Numbered from the stretch's first letter, positions 11,401 through 21,175 are shown. The stretch: 64,000 nt of DNA from an uncultured virus (IMG/VR IMGVR_UViG_3300022879_000001) (IMGVR_UViG_3300022879_000001); one strand, 5' to 3'. The notes: generated by a model not told the origin, from the sequence alone. Program-made: numbers and translations.

Positions 11401-14400
11401 CGAAATTCTTCTCAAACTCTGTTGCATGTTGTGAAGCTGTAAGATTAGTCTTTTTTAATCCTTCTAGACTTTTCTTTTCTTTTCCTTGCATTTCTTTCCA
11501 AGCGTAGTCTAATTGTACTTCTAAGTCAGTCCATGATTTACCTACTGATTTAGCATAATCTTGTAGTCCAGTTTTACGTCCACCTAACCATTGGAAAATA
11601 CCGCTAGCACCACTTGACTTATTAACTGCTTTAGAATTAAAGTTTGATTCTTGCTTAATATTGCCCATTAATCCAGCTACGGCTTCATCACTTAAACCTT
11701 TATTCTTAAAGTAATTCCATACTACTGTTTCAGGAGTACTAGACACCGTAGTAGCATTAGATTTAGTGGAAGTTGTCGCTGTCTTATTACCACTTCTAAT
11801 AGCATTGACAGTATCTAATGAGCTAACTACTTTGCCATCTGCGGTATTTTGTTCATAGTGTAAATGAGGACCCGTTGATTTACCAGTATTACCTGATTTA
11901 CCGACTTGTTGACCTGCTTCAACTTGATCTCCAACTTTTACAAGGGTATCATCTAAGTGAGCTAGGATATGCTTCATACCTTGATCATCTTGAACAACCA
12001 CCATGTTACCGTATGACCAGTGCATTGCTTTACCATTTTTATCAGAAGTAGCTGCGCCAGATTTTATAACTTTACCACTTACTGGAGAGTCTACACGAGA
12101 ACCAGTCTTCATAGCAATATCAGTACCACGATGATTATCTGCACGTTCGCCAGGTCTAGAAGTTATCTTACCATCATAACCATGAATCTTACCGCCTGAA
12201 CCACTATTAACATTAACGTTTCCAGTTTGTTGAATTTTACCAGACTTAATTTGTTGGTCAATAGACTTAGACTGGTCTTTCATTATCTGAAGCTTTTGTT
12301 GCTCTAATGCTAATTCTTTCTCTAATGATTTGCGATAATCTTTAGAATGCTCAGATTTAGTAGCCTGAATAGCGTTTTGTTCTTCAATAGCAAGAGTAAC
12401 TTCTTCTATCTTCTTTTTATACTTATCAGTAAGATAGATAGATTGTTCTGTTTCTTTGTTGTTTTCTTTCTTAGACTTGGTATTATCTTGAGTAGCTTTG
12501 CTATTTTTACCCGTTTTAGAAGATGAATCTTCTATTGCTGCTGAGAAGCTTTCAATCTTACCAATATTAGTATTCAAACTACTACTAAGAGTATCTAATT
12601 CTGCTTTTGATGCTGCAAGATTACTCTGCATTGCTTTTTGTTGAGCAGCTAGTCCCATTTGTGCAACATCACCAGCAAGACCTGTCAATGGTAGGGAACT
12701 TATTACTGTAGCACTAGCTAATGCCAATTGGTTTGCTCTGACATACTTACTTAGCATATCGATTTCTACTTTTAGATTTTGGATACGAGCTTTAGCTCCA
12801 CTAGCAGATGCTAAAGTAGCTTGTTGTTCAGCATTTAATTTACCATCACGAGCAAGTTTGTAAGCATTTAATAGCACTTCATTTGCATGATTTTCAGCTT
12901 CAATAGCCTTACGTTTTTCATCTGATAGAACAATAGCTTTTCCATCTTTATCTAGCAGGTCAGGGTAGACGCTAGACATTTCTTGCATTGTTGCTACACG
13001 TTGATCTAGAATATTTTTAATATCTTGTTCTTTAGATGTTAAATTTTCTTTAGTGTAAATATCTTGTAATTGTTGTTCAGTGTATCCTGCTAATTGATAG
13101 GAGAGTATATCGTATTTAAGAATAAGGTCGTTTAGCGAGTCAATACCTGCTTGAGATACTCCTGCCATTTGTTCGGCGGCATCTTTATAGTCTTTCATTT
13201 TAGATGCTAATTCTGAAACTGAATCAGAAGCTCCATCTGCACCGTCAGCAAACGACTCTAGAGAGTCACTTTCTTGCAATACAACTCCATTACCACCTTT
13301 TACAGTGTTCAAGAAGTTTTTATAGTTAGTGTCAAACTTATTTACTTCAGAATCAGCTACATTGTATTTAGATGCTAACTCATTGATACCTTTTGCTGAT
13401 TTATTAAATAGTTCTGCATCATCAGTATTTACTGCTTTTTGCATATCCGACATAAGCTTGCCTAATTCTGTTGAGAATGATTTTAATTGAGCTTCATCTA
13501 AATTAGAGAAATCTAAATCATAAAGGAAAGTAGAAATAGCATTAGTTACACCTGAATCAATTTTAATGTTAGAGAATGCATTTGATATTTCTAGAACGTT
13601 ACCAACTATTTCTTGAGTAGATGCAGACATTTGCATTTCTAGCATTTGAACGTCTGTTTGCATCTTAGTTATAAGCTTAGTCTTACTTTCTACATCATAT
13701 AAAGGACTTCCACTATCTCTTTCTTTTTCTAATTGAGCAATGGCATCTTTCTTTGAATCTATTTTACCTTGAGTTTTCTCGTTACTTTTTATATTTTCTT
13801 TAAATACGTCTTCAGCGTTTGCTTTTGTTTCTTCTTTTTTAAGTCTAATTAATTCTTCAGTAGCTGCAATTTCCTTTTCAATAGCAGCACTACTTTTAAT
13901 ATGAGCTTGACCTGTAGAATCAATATGAGATACTAGGGCAGGGAATAGGAATGCTAAGTCTTCTTGAACTTTTAGGTATTCCTTTTCTTTATCGGCACTC
14001 CAATCTCCACTATTTTTAGCATCAGAAAGTGAGTTATACTTTGCAATTAATTCATCAACTCTGTCTTTATTGTCTGTCAATGCAGATGTATTCTTATTAG
14101 CAACTTCCTCATACTTTTCTTGTTGCTGAATGTTTTCTGACATGATGCCAGTTAATTTCTCAATTGCGAAACCTAATCCGACAAATATTAAGCCTACGCC
14201 CGTACTTGCAAGAACGCTCTTGAAGGTTACTCCTAATGCTGCAACAGATGCTCTAAGACTAGTTATTCCAACAGTTAAACTTCGTGTAGCTACAGTAGTA
14301 CTAATTGCACTTCCTACGGCAGTACCCATTCCAATAGTTAAACTTCTGAATCCTGAGTTGAGCAAGAATACAGCAGTATAAGCTGCTCCGAATAGGGGAG

Positions 14401-14875
14401 GGAGTAATCCTATTGTTGATACTACACTATTACCACCGTCAGCCATTCCTTCTAATGCTTTAGTAACGACAACGATTCCATCATATAAAATAGTATCTCC
14501 TACTGTTTTGCTGAAGCTAGTCCATGCTGTATCTAGTCGGTTAATCCGTCCTTCAAGGGATTCGTTATATCGCTCCTGTTCTTTCATTGCTGATCCTTGA
14601 GAATTTAATGCACTTTCATTCGCACTGATGGACATAGTGTAATTATTCATGAGCGCTGCAAGTCTATTCTGTTGATATGTCCCAGCTACATTAATGAGTA
14701 CTGACTGTTGGGCTTCTGAATTCAGGGTTCCCCATTTTTTACCTAAATCATCAATAATATCTCCAACTTCACGCATATTACCAGATGAATCTTTAATGGA
14801 TACTCCTACTCCGGCCAATGCTTCTTCCGCTTTTGGTAGGGTAGCTATACGACTAAAAATTGTTTTTAAACTGTT
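8417..14875 (-). CDS. tape measure protein exon 2 (YomI/CwlP-like; M23 peptidase plus phage tail lysozyme domains)
   Basis: Begins NSLKTIFSRI; M23 motifs HRGTD and GPHLHYE; lysozyme motif GNIKQESNFN...GIFQW; long coiled coils. Confidence 0.9.
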   Translation of the reverse strand, partial: NSLKTIFSRIATLPKAEEALAGVGVSIKDSSGNMREVGDIIDDLGKKWGTLNSEAQQSVLINVAGTYQQNRLAALMNNYTMSISANESALNSQGSAMKEQERYNESLEGRINRLDTAWTSFSKTVGDTILYDGIVVVTKALEGMADGGNSVVSTIGLLPPLFGAAYTAVFLLNSGFRSLTIGMGTAVGSAISTTVATRSLTVGITSLRASVAALGVTFKSVLASTGVGLIFVGLGFAIEKLTGIMSENIQQQEKYEEVANKNTSALTDNKDRVDELIAKYNSLSDAKNSGDWSADKEKEYLKVQEDLAFLFPALVSHIDSTGQAHIKSSAAIEKEIAATEELIRLKKEETKANAEDVFKENIKSNEKTQGKIDSKKDAIAQLEKERDSGSPLYDVESKTKLITKMQTDVQMLEMQMSASTQEIVGNVLEISNAFSNIKIDSGVTNAISTFLYDLDFSNLDEAQLKSFSTELGKLMSDMQKAVNTDDAELFNKSAKGINELASKYNVADSEVNKFDTNYKNFLNTVKGGNGVVLQESDSLESFADGADGASDSVSELASKMKDYKDAAEQMAGVSQAGIDSLNDLILKYDILSYQLAGYTEQQLQDIYTKENLTSKEQDIKNILDQRVATMQEMSSVYPDLLDKDGKAIVLSDEKRKAIEAENHANEVLLNAYKLARDGKLNAEQQATLASASGAKARIQNLKVEIDMLSKYVRANQLALASATVISSLPLTGLAGDVAQMGLAAQQKAMQSNLAASKAELDTLSSSLNTNIGKIESFSAAIEDSSSKTGKNSKATQDNTKSKKENNKETEQSIYLTDKYKKKIEEVTLAIEEQNAIQATKSEHSKDYRKSLEKELALEQQKLQIMKDQSKSIDQQIKSGKIQQTGNVNVNSGSGGKIHGYDGKITSRPGERADNHRGTDIAMKTGSRVDSPVSGKVIKSGAATSDKNGKAMHWSYGNMVVVQDDQGMKHILAHLDDTLVKVGDQVEAGQQVGKSGNTGKSTGPHLHYEQNTADGKVVSSLDTVNAIRSGNKTATTSTKSNATTVSSTPETVVWNYFKNKGLSDEAVAGLMGNIKQESNFNSKAVNKSSGASGIFQWLGGRKTGLQDYAKSVGKSWTDLEVQLDYAWKEMQGKEKKSLEGLKKTNLTASQHATEFEKNFERSGGSGNKKRASAADQYYNKYKGTNGGAGVGIDTSQQAIDQAMSDLNGLNKEILNQQNNIEDLKRQLIDANLAGYENRKSNYDKTLENSEVRLSRLSDTSEEYRKELEAQTKALTAKQTENNAEIKFLEDTIKNGKLTDKTIDELNQKINELAKVNHEIDSSKLEIQNKILESYVKTVDQLINKYSELQALSSKALDYEALKLQELDSNSLRYLQSLEKMNKMRKDSQNLNRQELTYLENLIYSGKLSGESLENATARARDLRLEIKQLQLDIQEKDFEILMTIKTNSDAKLEEIQFEMNRATAIRDMFEQGTGEYIKQTQNLIKYQEQLAKQHLETRDALANELKQYDISLERRKDVEKMLREEHLAYLNAQKGLKDYQKQLEEGKKSNLNEIADKFISALKEYYQELRDEHMKSIEEMSKKETEAHEKRKKQLEDEMELFRKNVEEKLRLIDRQEADRDYNMEIDDMEKERNKLQSEFDLLSLDNSNEAKSKRKKLQEQLDQIDKDIAEKRHDRDIELQKQGLSDMLESKEEEMNGKIELEDKQYEEVMNRIDREKQYWEKHYNDLMNDEREFARIREDIMNGHLDKVVAEFQDHIERMKLTMPDLADTMDGTMQAVGMTIRQNVIDHLQEAINMVHEFNQVASTMAQVGDNFDPGSFFDESKMGQGGVSKGNLNEGDMQILLGKFLTDNVTRHLTGDAKNKAHSTGSQIGKSGRQNGGTIDKNVSFDSAISGLTPAELESLKQYFKQNSGVEGGNYSDFIRDFANNSSDYGSIESSNKHGLTNPLTYGTMQVLMAKHINESMLGQTKDANMRKQLKSTADTMAQQGRASGSTLASDASFMSMVGLMDGNQKGQMKNFMQSQVNIIPDSKMQKDFLRFVASLDTGGFMNWSGNGIDGKGGKAIIAHPNEIMLNKVDTQGFFNSINVIDRVMSSLKPMLAKFTPQPTLSNLQQSGDTYQIQFGDVIEATKDQAETFATSFINNVKTKKGGKF

Positions 14876-15069
14876 CACTCTGTTACTTTCATCCAACAAT
14901 TAAGGATTACTGACTAATCTAATTTAGATTAGCGGAAAAGGTACTTCTTTAAAGTGTCTTTACACTTGACCTTCTCTCTATACCTTTACACATACGTATA
15001 GATCAGACTGTATCATTAACTCATAATCCACCTTTAATCACATTCCACTGTTTAATAAGGTGAAGTAAT

Positions 15070-15097
15070 AAAAAAGAGTAGGGAATTAATCCTACTC
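15070..15097 (-). terminator. intrinsic terminator-like hairpin after the intron ORF, inside the intron
   Basis: GAGTAGG-N8-CCTACTC followed by TTTTTT on the minus strand. Confidence 0.65.
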
Positions 15098-16559
15098 ATG
15101 ATAATTTGCCGTATTTTTGTTCATATTCTTCAAGATACATCCAGTAATATCCTTTAAGTATACTCTCATTACCTTCGCATCTATCCTTAATGTATCTACC
15201 TGTTCCTCTATTATTGTAAACTTCTATCCCAGCTTTACTCATAGAATGGTATACCCTTATAAAACAATAACTTTCGTCCATTTGTACTATCGATTTAGAC
15301 TTTTTATTATTTATCGCAACTCTCTCATTCATTGAATCTTTATTATATGAGCATAGTTTCAAACGTTGTCCGATTTTCAAATACTTAGTTATAGTAGCAG
15401 TACTTAATTTAAACATGTTTGATAATTCCGCATTGCCAAAAGTAGGGTTTTCATCAAAAGCTTTACAGACAAAAATAATCATTGACGATAATGACTTTTT
15501 CTCTATTTCTTTCCAATCAACATTACATAACTTCAACTTTTCTAACAATCCCAATTCTCTTATTCTATTTGATAAAACATCTATATTTCTATCTGAAACT
15601 TCTATGTTATAATAATGTTCAATTCCATTTTCTCTAGCTAGTTGTTCTTTTAATCTGTCGTTCTCTTGTTCTTCGTCTAAGGTTCTGTGGCTTAATGTCT
15701 CAAAAGTCCTTTTGTAATGTTGCTCTCCGTTAATTTCTATAATTGTTGATATTTCATCTAATATAAAATCATAACGTCTTCCTTGAGAATAATTGGTTGT
15801 TGAGTCATATTTAAAATTCACACCATTATCAGATAAAAGATTAAGCATTACTTTTTCACCAAAACTAATCCCATCATTGCATATAGGGCAACATAAACCT
15901 TGTCTTACCACCGTTACCAATTGCTTATTTATACGATTTCCACATCCACATACGAATTCTAATTTCTGCTTTGATCCATGAGAATATATATCTGCATCAG
16001 ACTTATTTAAAAGAATATCTTTTATACGTGGGTGAGTAAATCCTACATTATTATACCCTACTAATACTCTTCTATTACTACAATATGGACATCCATTGCC
16101 ATTTTTCCTATCACCAACCATTGCATCATAATAATGTCCTTTGTCACATACCCACCAAAATTTTTGTTTTTCACTAGAAGGAGTGACATCATAAGGAGTT
16201 AAATGACCATTCAATGTAGGATGCCATTCCTTTATTAATTGTGGGTACAGTATTCCTAGATTGTAATGTTCTGATGCTACTTTTCCTATACACACCTTGC
16301 AACCATGACCATTTACTTTATTTTTAATAAATTGTGGTACAATGTTTCCGCATTCCATACATTTGAAGAACACTTTCTTACCACTTCCATAACTTACTTT
16401 ATATATATCATCATTAACATTCTGAGTAAAATCCCAAACTTCCCATAAATCTGGGCGGTGTTTCAACATAGCGTTGTCTTTCAACTTATCCACCATGCTC
16501 CAATCTAATTCTTTGCCAGTTTGAAAATTTATGTATTTATTCTCTTTAGCTTCACACAT
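15096..16559 (-). CDS. intron-encoded homing endonuclease (Zn-ribbon repeats, Vsr-like PD-(D/E)xK/EDxHD-type nuclease, NUMOD1-like C-terminus)
   Basis: Repeated CxxC units (WWVCDKGHYYDA...GCPYC); RYDFIL...IIEINGEQHY; KSIVQMDE...KGYYWMY; located in the P8 loop. Confidence 0.8.
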   Translation of the reverse strand: MCEAKENKYINFQTGKELDWSMVDKLKDNAMLKHRPDLWEVWDFTQNVNDDIYKVSYGSGKKVFFKCMECGNIVPQFIKNKVNGHGCKVCIGKVASEHYNLGILYPQLIKEWHPTLNGHLTPYDVTPSSEKQKFWWVCDKGHYYDAMVGDRKNGNGCPYCSNRRVLVGYNNVGFTHPRIKDILLNKSDADIYSHGSKQKLEFVCGCGNRINKQLVTVVRQGLCCPICNDGISFGEKVMLNLLSDNGVNFKYDSTTNYSQGRRYDFILDEISTIIEINGEQHYKRTFETLSHRTLDEEQENDRLKEQLARENGIEHYYNIEVSDRNIDVLSNRIRELGLLEKLKLCNVDWKEIEKKSLSSMIIFVCKAFDENPTFGNAELSNMFKLSTATITKYLKIGQRLKLCSYNKDSMNERVAINNKKSKSIVQMDESYCFIRVYHSMSKAGIEVYNNRGTGRYIKDRCEGNESILKGYYWMYLEEYEQKYGKLS

Positions 16560-16677
16560 TATTAATTACCTCCTACAGTAATTTCATATTTCCTAAATAT
16601 AATTAAATAGGGAAGTAAAGTTAGGATGCTTTACTTGTCAATAAGGTTTGCAATTCCTTGTCTATCCCTATATTTAA

Positions 16678-16732
16678 ATATTACCATATTAATAATCTTA
16701 TTACAACTTAATATTATTTATTTTATGTATTT
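16678..16732 (-). promoter_or_regulatory. sigma-A-like promoter for the intron endonuclease, with upstream AAATACATAA box
   Basis: TTGTAA-N17-TAATAT with TG extension; 10-mer box at 16723-16732. Confidence 0.6.
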
Positions 16733-16897
16733 ATTATATTAAATAGTGGAATGTGATTAATTTAAATTATGAGTTACACCTTGTCAGTCGTTCGAGCGTT
16801 TCTTTGATTGACGCTTCGGTGATCGTCCACTTACGTGGATTTCCCCCGATATTCGGTGTTCAATATAATGTCGCCATTATAAGGGGCTATTATGTTA

Positions 16898-18004
16898 ACC
16901 TACAACGTTTCCTGATTCACGAGTTGCTGCACCTATAGCAGTAGTGTAACCAACAAGTTCTTCCATACTTACGCCATACGCCTTGGCGGACTGTGCCGCA
17001 CGACCCATCGATAATGCTAGGTCTTTAGTAGTGATTGAAAAGTTGTTGTCTACCTCATTTAAAGCATCTGCAATTCTAATTGAATCTTCCGCAGCAACGT
17101 TGAATGCCAATTGCCCAGCGACCAAAGTATCTACAGACTCTTTAGCGTTTAAATCTGATATATTAGTAAACATTTGTGCAGTGTTAGTTAAATCTAATGA
17201 GTCAGAAGCATTATATCCCATACGAGCAAACTCATTCAGTATTTCAAGATATTCAGTAGTGACGCCTGATAATTCTCGCACATTTACTAAAGACTTTTCT
17301 ATCATCTCATTGAACTGGTACTCAGGAGCATTCATGACTCTGGCTAAACCTATGAGAGCGCTGTCTAATTCGATTGTACGCTCAGTCATATCTTGAATAC
17401 CACGAATAGGGGCATAAAATGCTGTAGATGCTAACATCCAGATTGGAAATTTTGTAAAAGCAGTAGAGAAGGCGTTGCCTAATTCGTTAGTTGACTTGGA
17501 TGCATCCCTAGCATCAATATTAAGTCGTTTAATACTTTCACGTAATGCATTAATTTCTCTTTGATTTTGCTTCAAAGATGCAGGATTCATTACTTGAATA
17601 TTCTTCAACTTATCAATTTCTGATTTTAATTCAGCAACTTTAGACTTATCCATTGCTCTAGGTAACATTTTTTCTATACGATACAATTCAGTACTTAATT
17701 TACCTAGTGAAGCAACTTGTTTATCGTACATATCAGTGACTTTAGATGTTTCACTAGATGCTGATTTATTACTTCCAGTGCTTGAAAGTTGATTCTTTAG
17801 CTTGGACACTTGCTTCTGTAATTCTTCAATATCCTTACTTGATGCTTTTAATCCACTAGAGTCTATCCCTACTGAAATTAATAATGGATTTTTATCATAA
17901 TACTTTTTCAACGCTTGTACGTATTGATCAATATTTTGTTGTGACCTACCTCTATTGACATCTAAACTCATTAAGAGTTCAATAGGGTTACTTGTCATAG
18001 ACAT
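16898..18004 (-). CDS. tape measure protein exon 1 (369 aa); spliced protein about 2521 aa
   Basis: Phage tape-measure domain (IADALNEVDNNFSITTKDLA...IGAATRESGNVVG) cut off by the intron's first TAA. Confidence 0.9.
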
Positions 18005-18085
18005 TTATTATTCCTCCTTATTATATTTTTAGGGTAAATAAAAAACACCATAAGAAGATGGTGTGAAAATGATTAAACTATGTAT

Positions 18086-18610
18086 TTAATTTAATTTATT
18101 CAACACTTTTTCTTTTAATGCTTTGGTCTGCACTTGTGACTCAATAGTTTGTTTATGTAAATCTAATTCTTTCTTGTATAGCATTGCTAATTCTTTCGTT
18201 TTCTTAAGTTGGTTAAATACTTTTTCTACTTCCTCAAGTGAAAATAAATCTTCAAGGAAAAACTCAAAGTGCCCGTTATCATAGAGTTCATACATATAGT
18301 CAATATTGTTTTCGATTGACAATTTAGATAAAGTGTCAAATAGGGAAGTAAAGTATTTGATAATTAAATAACCAGTATACTGGTCAACATGAGCATCATT
18401 TGTTAAGTATTCCATTTTATTATCTTTACAATATTGAATAGTTTCAATCAATTCCACAACTAATTTATCTTTTTTAATTTGACTAAATTTAGGGAAGTAG
18501 GTGATACTGTGACCTTTTTCTTCGTTGAAGTGATAAACCTCTTCTCTATTAACATTTTCTGCTCGTTGCGTAAAGAATGATGGGTCAACCGTGTTAATTT
18601 TATTAGACAT
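18086..18610 (-). CDS. hypothetical protein, possible tail assembly chaperone
   Basis: 174 aa, AAGGAG RBS, directly upstream of the tape measure gene. Confidence 0.6.
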   Translation of the reverse strand: MSNKINTVDPSFFTQRAENVNREEVYHFNEEKGHSITYFPKFSQIKKDKLVVELIETIQYCKDNKMEYLTNDAHVDQYTGYLIIKYFTSLFDTLSKLSIENNIDYMYELYDNGHFEFFLEDLFSLEEVEKVFNQLKKTKELAMLYKKELDLHKQTIESQVQTKALKEKVLNKLN

Positions 18611-18691
18611 ATTAAAATCTCCTTTTATGTATTTATTTAATTAAAATAAAAAAGTCTAAGTATATAACTTAGACTTAATTGTATTCTATAC

Positions 18692-19219
18692 CTATTTTAT
18701 TAATTCGTATCTTCTCACCACTGCCATATTGCCTTGACCTTGTATATAGCCTTTTTTAGGTATGAACGCTGCTAGTCTCATATTAACATTCGTAGTTAAT
18801 AATGATTTGTACATACTATCAAATGACTCTCTATGGAAATACAAATACCATGAATCAGAATATCCTCTATCAAGAGGAGTTAATTGTACACAAAAATAAG
18901 ATTTTTCATTAGTATAGCCATAATTATAATAATCACATAATTCAGCAGTTCCACTTAAGAAGAAATCCGTGTTTAAATTATTTACTAAATCATACTGAAC
19001 TTCTTTTCCTGTTAAACTAAGATTGTATTTTTCCATAAACTTTTCATCTTCGCTTAATTCTGGTTCGACTGGTTCAACATATTCAGTAGCAGTTTGCTTC
19101 AATGGATCTAATTCTTCTTGATCATTACTAGCAGTTACCTTTTCATCACTTTCTTTTCCACATGCAGACAATAGGAAAGCAAAACAAAATAATACAATCC
19201 ACAATCTGTTAAATTTCAT
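18692..19219 (-). CDS. lipoprotein (moron-like, possible superinfection exclusion)
   Basis: Lipobox LSAC after a hydrophobic signal; own terminator at ~18648-18676. Confidence 0.75.
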   Translation of the reverse strand: MKFNRLWIVLFCFAFLLSACGKESDEKVTASNDQEELDPLKQTATEYVEPVEPELSEDEKFMEKYNLSLTGKEVQYDLVNNLNTDFFLSGTAELCDYYNYGYTNEKSYFCVQLTPLDRGYSDSWYLYFHRESFDSMYKSLLTTNVNMRLAAFIPKKGYIQGQGNMAVVRRYELIK

Positions 19220-19295
19220 AATTAAACCTCCTTAAATACAAAAATATGTAATCTAAGGATAGCATAATTATGAAATTTATGATATATCTAACGTT

Positions 19296-19529
19296 TTACT
19301 CATTTTTAAAGTCAATAAGCTGTGCAATGTCATCTATTTCTAATACTTCCGCAATTCTAGCCAAGTGTACTCTGTTCATTGCTGTTTTATTATTAGTACT
19401 GATTTCACTTATAGTAGCTCTTCTTATGCCTGTCATTTCTGATAATTGTTCCTGTGTTAAATTTTTATCCTTTAGAATTTCTTTAAGTTTAACCTCTATA
19501 GACTTCATAGAACACCATTCTCCATTCAT
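19296..19529 (-). CDS. Cro/XRE helix-turn-helix regulator
   Basis: LKEILKDKNLTQEQLSEMTGIRRATISEI. Confidence 0.85.
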   Translation of the reverse strand: MNGEWCSMKSIEVKLKEILKDKNLTQEQLSEMTGIRRATISEISTNNKTAMNRVHLARIAEVLEIDDIAQLIDFKNE

Positions 19530-19679
19530 GTTTCATTTATTATATTATATCGTTTTTCCGTAAAAACGTACAGAAAAATGTTGACACTAATTTTCATTAC
19601 ATGCTACATTGTTAATGTACTAAAATACGTACAAACGTACAAAATGAATAAATTACACAAAAGAAGAGGAGAATGAAAA

Positions 19680-20120
19680 ATGAACACATTAATCGTATCA
19701 ATCAAACTTATCGCAAAAGGTAATATTCCATCACAAGTTGAGCTAATGGGTAAGCCAATCTATGAGAATGGTAAAATTAAAACGTTTGAAGTAATTTACC
19801 AAGAATACAATTATGATGAAGATAACTGTCTAGATTTCAGCATCGAAAACTTTAACATGTCAGCAAATTGCATCCAAGAATCTACATACAAATTCACCAA
19901 TTATTTCACCTTCAACGTAATAAAGGAGGGGATAGCTGAATTTGATTTATGCGTATTAGTTGAAAATGTGCATGACGATTTAATCAATGACATCGATAAT
20001 TTATTTACTCCTGATAATATTACAATTCCAAACTTCACATTCAAGGATGATTGCTATTTCTTTGAATTGGACATACAAGTTGTTGAAATAGTTAAAGCTG
20101 AAGTAATTGATATTTATTAA
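19680..20120 (+). CDS. acidic hypothetical protein, divergent from the HTH gene
   Basis: GAGGAG RBS; TTGACA at 19581; terminator AAGGTGAGA...TCTCACCTTTTT at ~20132-20160. Confidence 0.7.
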   Translation: MNTLIVSIKLIAKGNIPSQVELMGKPIYENGKIKTFEVIYQEYNYDEDNCLDFSIENFNMSANCIQESTYKFTNYFTFNVIKEGIAEFDLCVLVENVHDDLINDIDNLFTPDNITIPNFTFKDDCYFFELDIQVVEIVKAEVIDIY

Positions 20121-20195
20121 TTTTAATAGGGAAGGTGAGAGTTGATTTTCTCACCTTTTTGTTTATGTATTTAGTTTGCTAATTATGTGTAAGTA

Positions 20196-20984
20196 TTATG
20201 CTATTTCTTTTTGTTCGTCTTGTTCAATCATCGGAAGTACATCATTTTGCTTTAGGATATCATATAAAAATAGTCTTCATTTTTGTGTCCATTTAGTACT
20301 AATTCTTGTTTTATCTTCATCATATGTATAAGTTTCGGTTTTAGTATATCCTTTATCATGATACTTAGAATATAAGAACCATACTTTACCTTGCTTATAC
20401 TGAATACCTAGACCATGTAACAGTTGATTAAATTTATTAGCACTCATACCATAGTCTTTAGAAATCTCGGTAACTGTCATAGCAGAAGGTGACTTCAGTA
20501 CAACATCATAATAAGATACTTTAGGTTTCATTTCACCAATTTGTTGTTTAAAAGTACTGTTTTGAAGTTGTAATTGTTGCTTCTCACGCTGTTCCTCAAT
20601 CCACTTCTCAGCACGTTGAATAGGATCATCAATCATATATGAAGCTATTTGAACTTGAGATTTCAATGCATTCTCCATCTCTTCAAACCTTGTAACATAT
20701 GTAGCAGTAAACAAAATTCCTTTTTCGCCAGTCATCTTATTAGCAACCATGTCACATCCTTTGCGAGTGAGAAGGAAGCAAGGCATTTCTTTGTTTTGGC
20801 TATTATAATACTTATGTTGAATGAAGAAATTAGCACTCCCGAAATCTTGGGAGTCCAAAACACCAGAGTATCTTTTGATATCAGCAAGTAGATGGTCGTG
20901 TCGCTTATTAACCATTTCTGCCACATCTCTACTATCTGTTACTAACTGTCCTTCATGATTAATTACTTGTAATTCCTTTACCAT
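20196..20984 (-). pseudogene. Rha-KilAC(ANT) antirepressor with an in-frame TGA at 20279-20277
   Basis: Rha motif TDSRDVAEMVNKRHDHLLADI; ANT motif KWTQK*RLFLYDILK continues in frame to TAA at 20196. Confidence 0.75.
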
Positions 20985-21175
20985 TAAATCTCTCCTTCAT
21001 ATTATGTATTTTATTAATTAGTAGATGTGTTACATAAATCTTATCTACAATTAAATAATAACAGGAGAGTGAAAATAATTCAAGAGTAAATTATGTATTT
21101 TGTTAAATAAAATTCTGATATCATATAAATAACTCAAGTAAACCCCTAAAAAGAGTAGGGGAGTAGTTCAGTTAT

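Larger units (their letters stand above)
14876..16897 (-). mobile_element. group I self-splicing intron (2022 nt) in the tape measure gene
   Basis: Exon ends in U (GGT|), intron ends in G (GAGTG|AAC); P2 and P5 GNRA hairpins; P3 ACACC/GGTGT; R AACGACTGA and S ATGATACAGTC; splicing restores ESGNVVG|NSLKTIF in frame. Confidence 0.92.

Noticed and set aside
14876..14899. Track start 'MLDESNRV' for a stand-alone 2160-aa protein
   Set aside because: These codons lie in the intron 3' end; the real reading frame comes from splicing to exon 1
14876..16897. Intein, group II intron or IS insertion
   Set aside because: In-frame stop at the junction, no reverse transcriptase or transposase, no GUGYG/AY ends; group I P3/P7 core and U|...G| boundaries are present
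551..17396. Plus-strand ORFs shadowing the tail genes (e.g. 551, 1346, 1886, 2318, 6153, 14130, 16983)
   Set aside because: Antisense to well-supported genes, no convincing RBS, atypical composition
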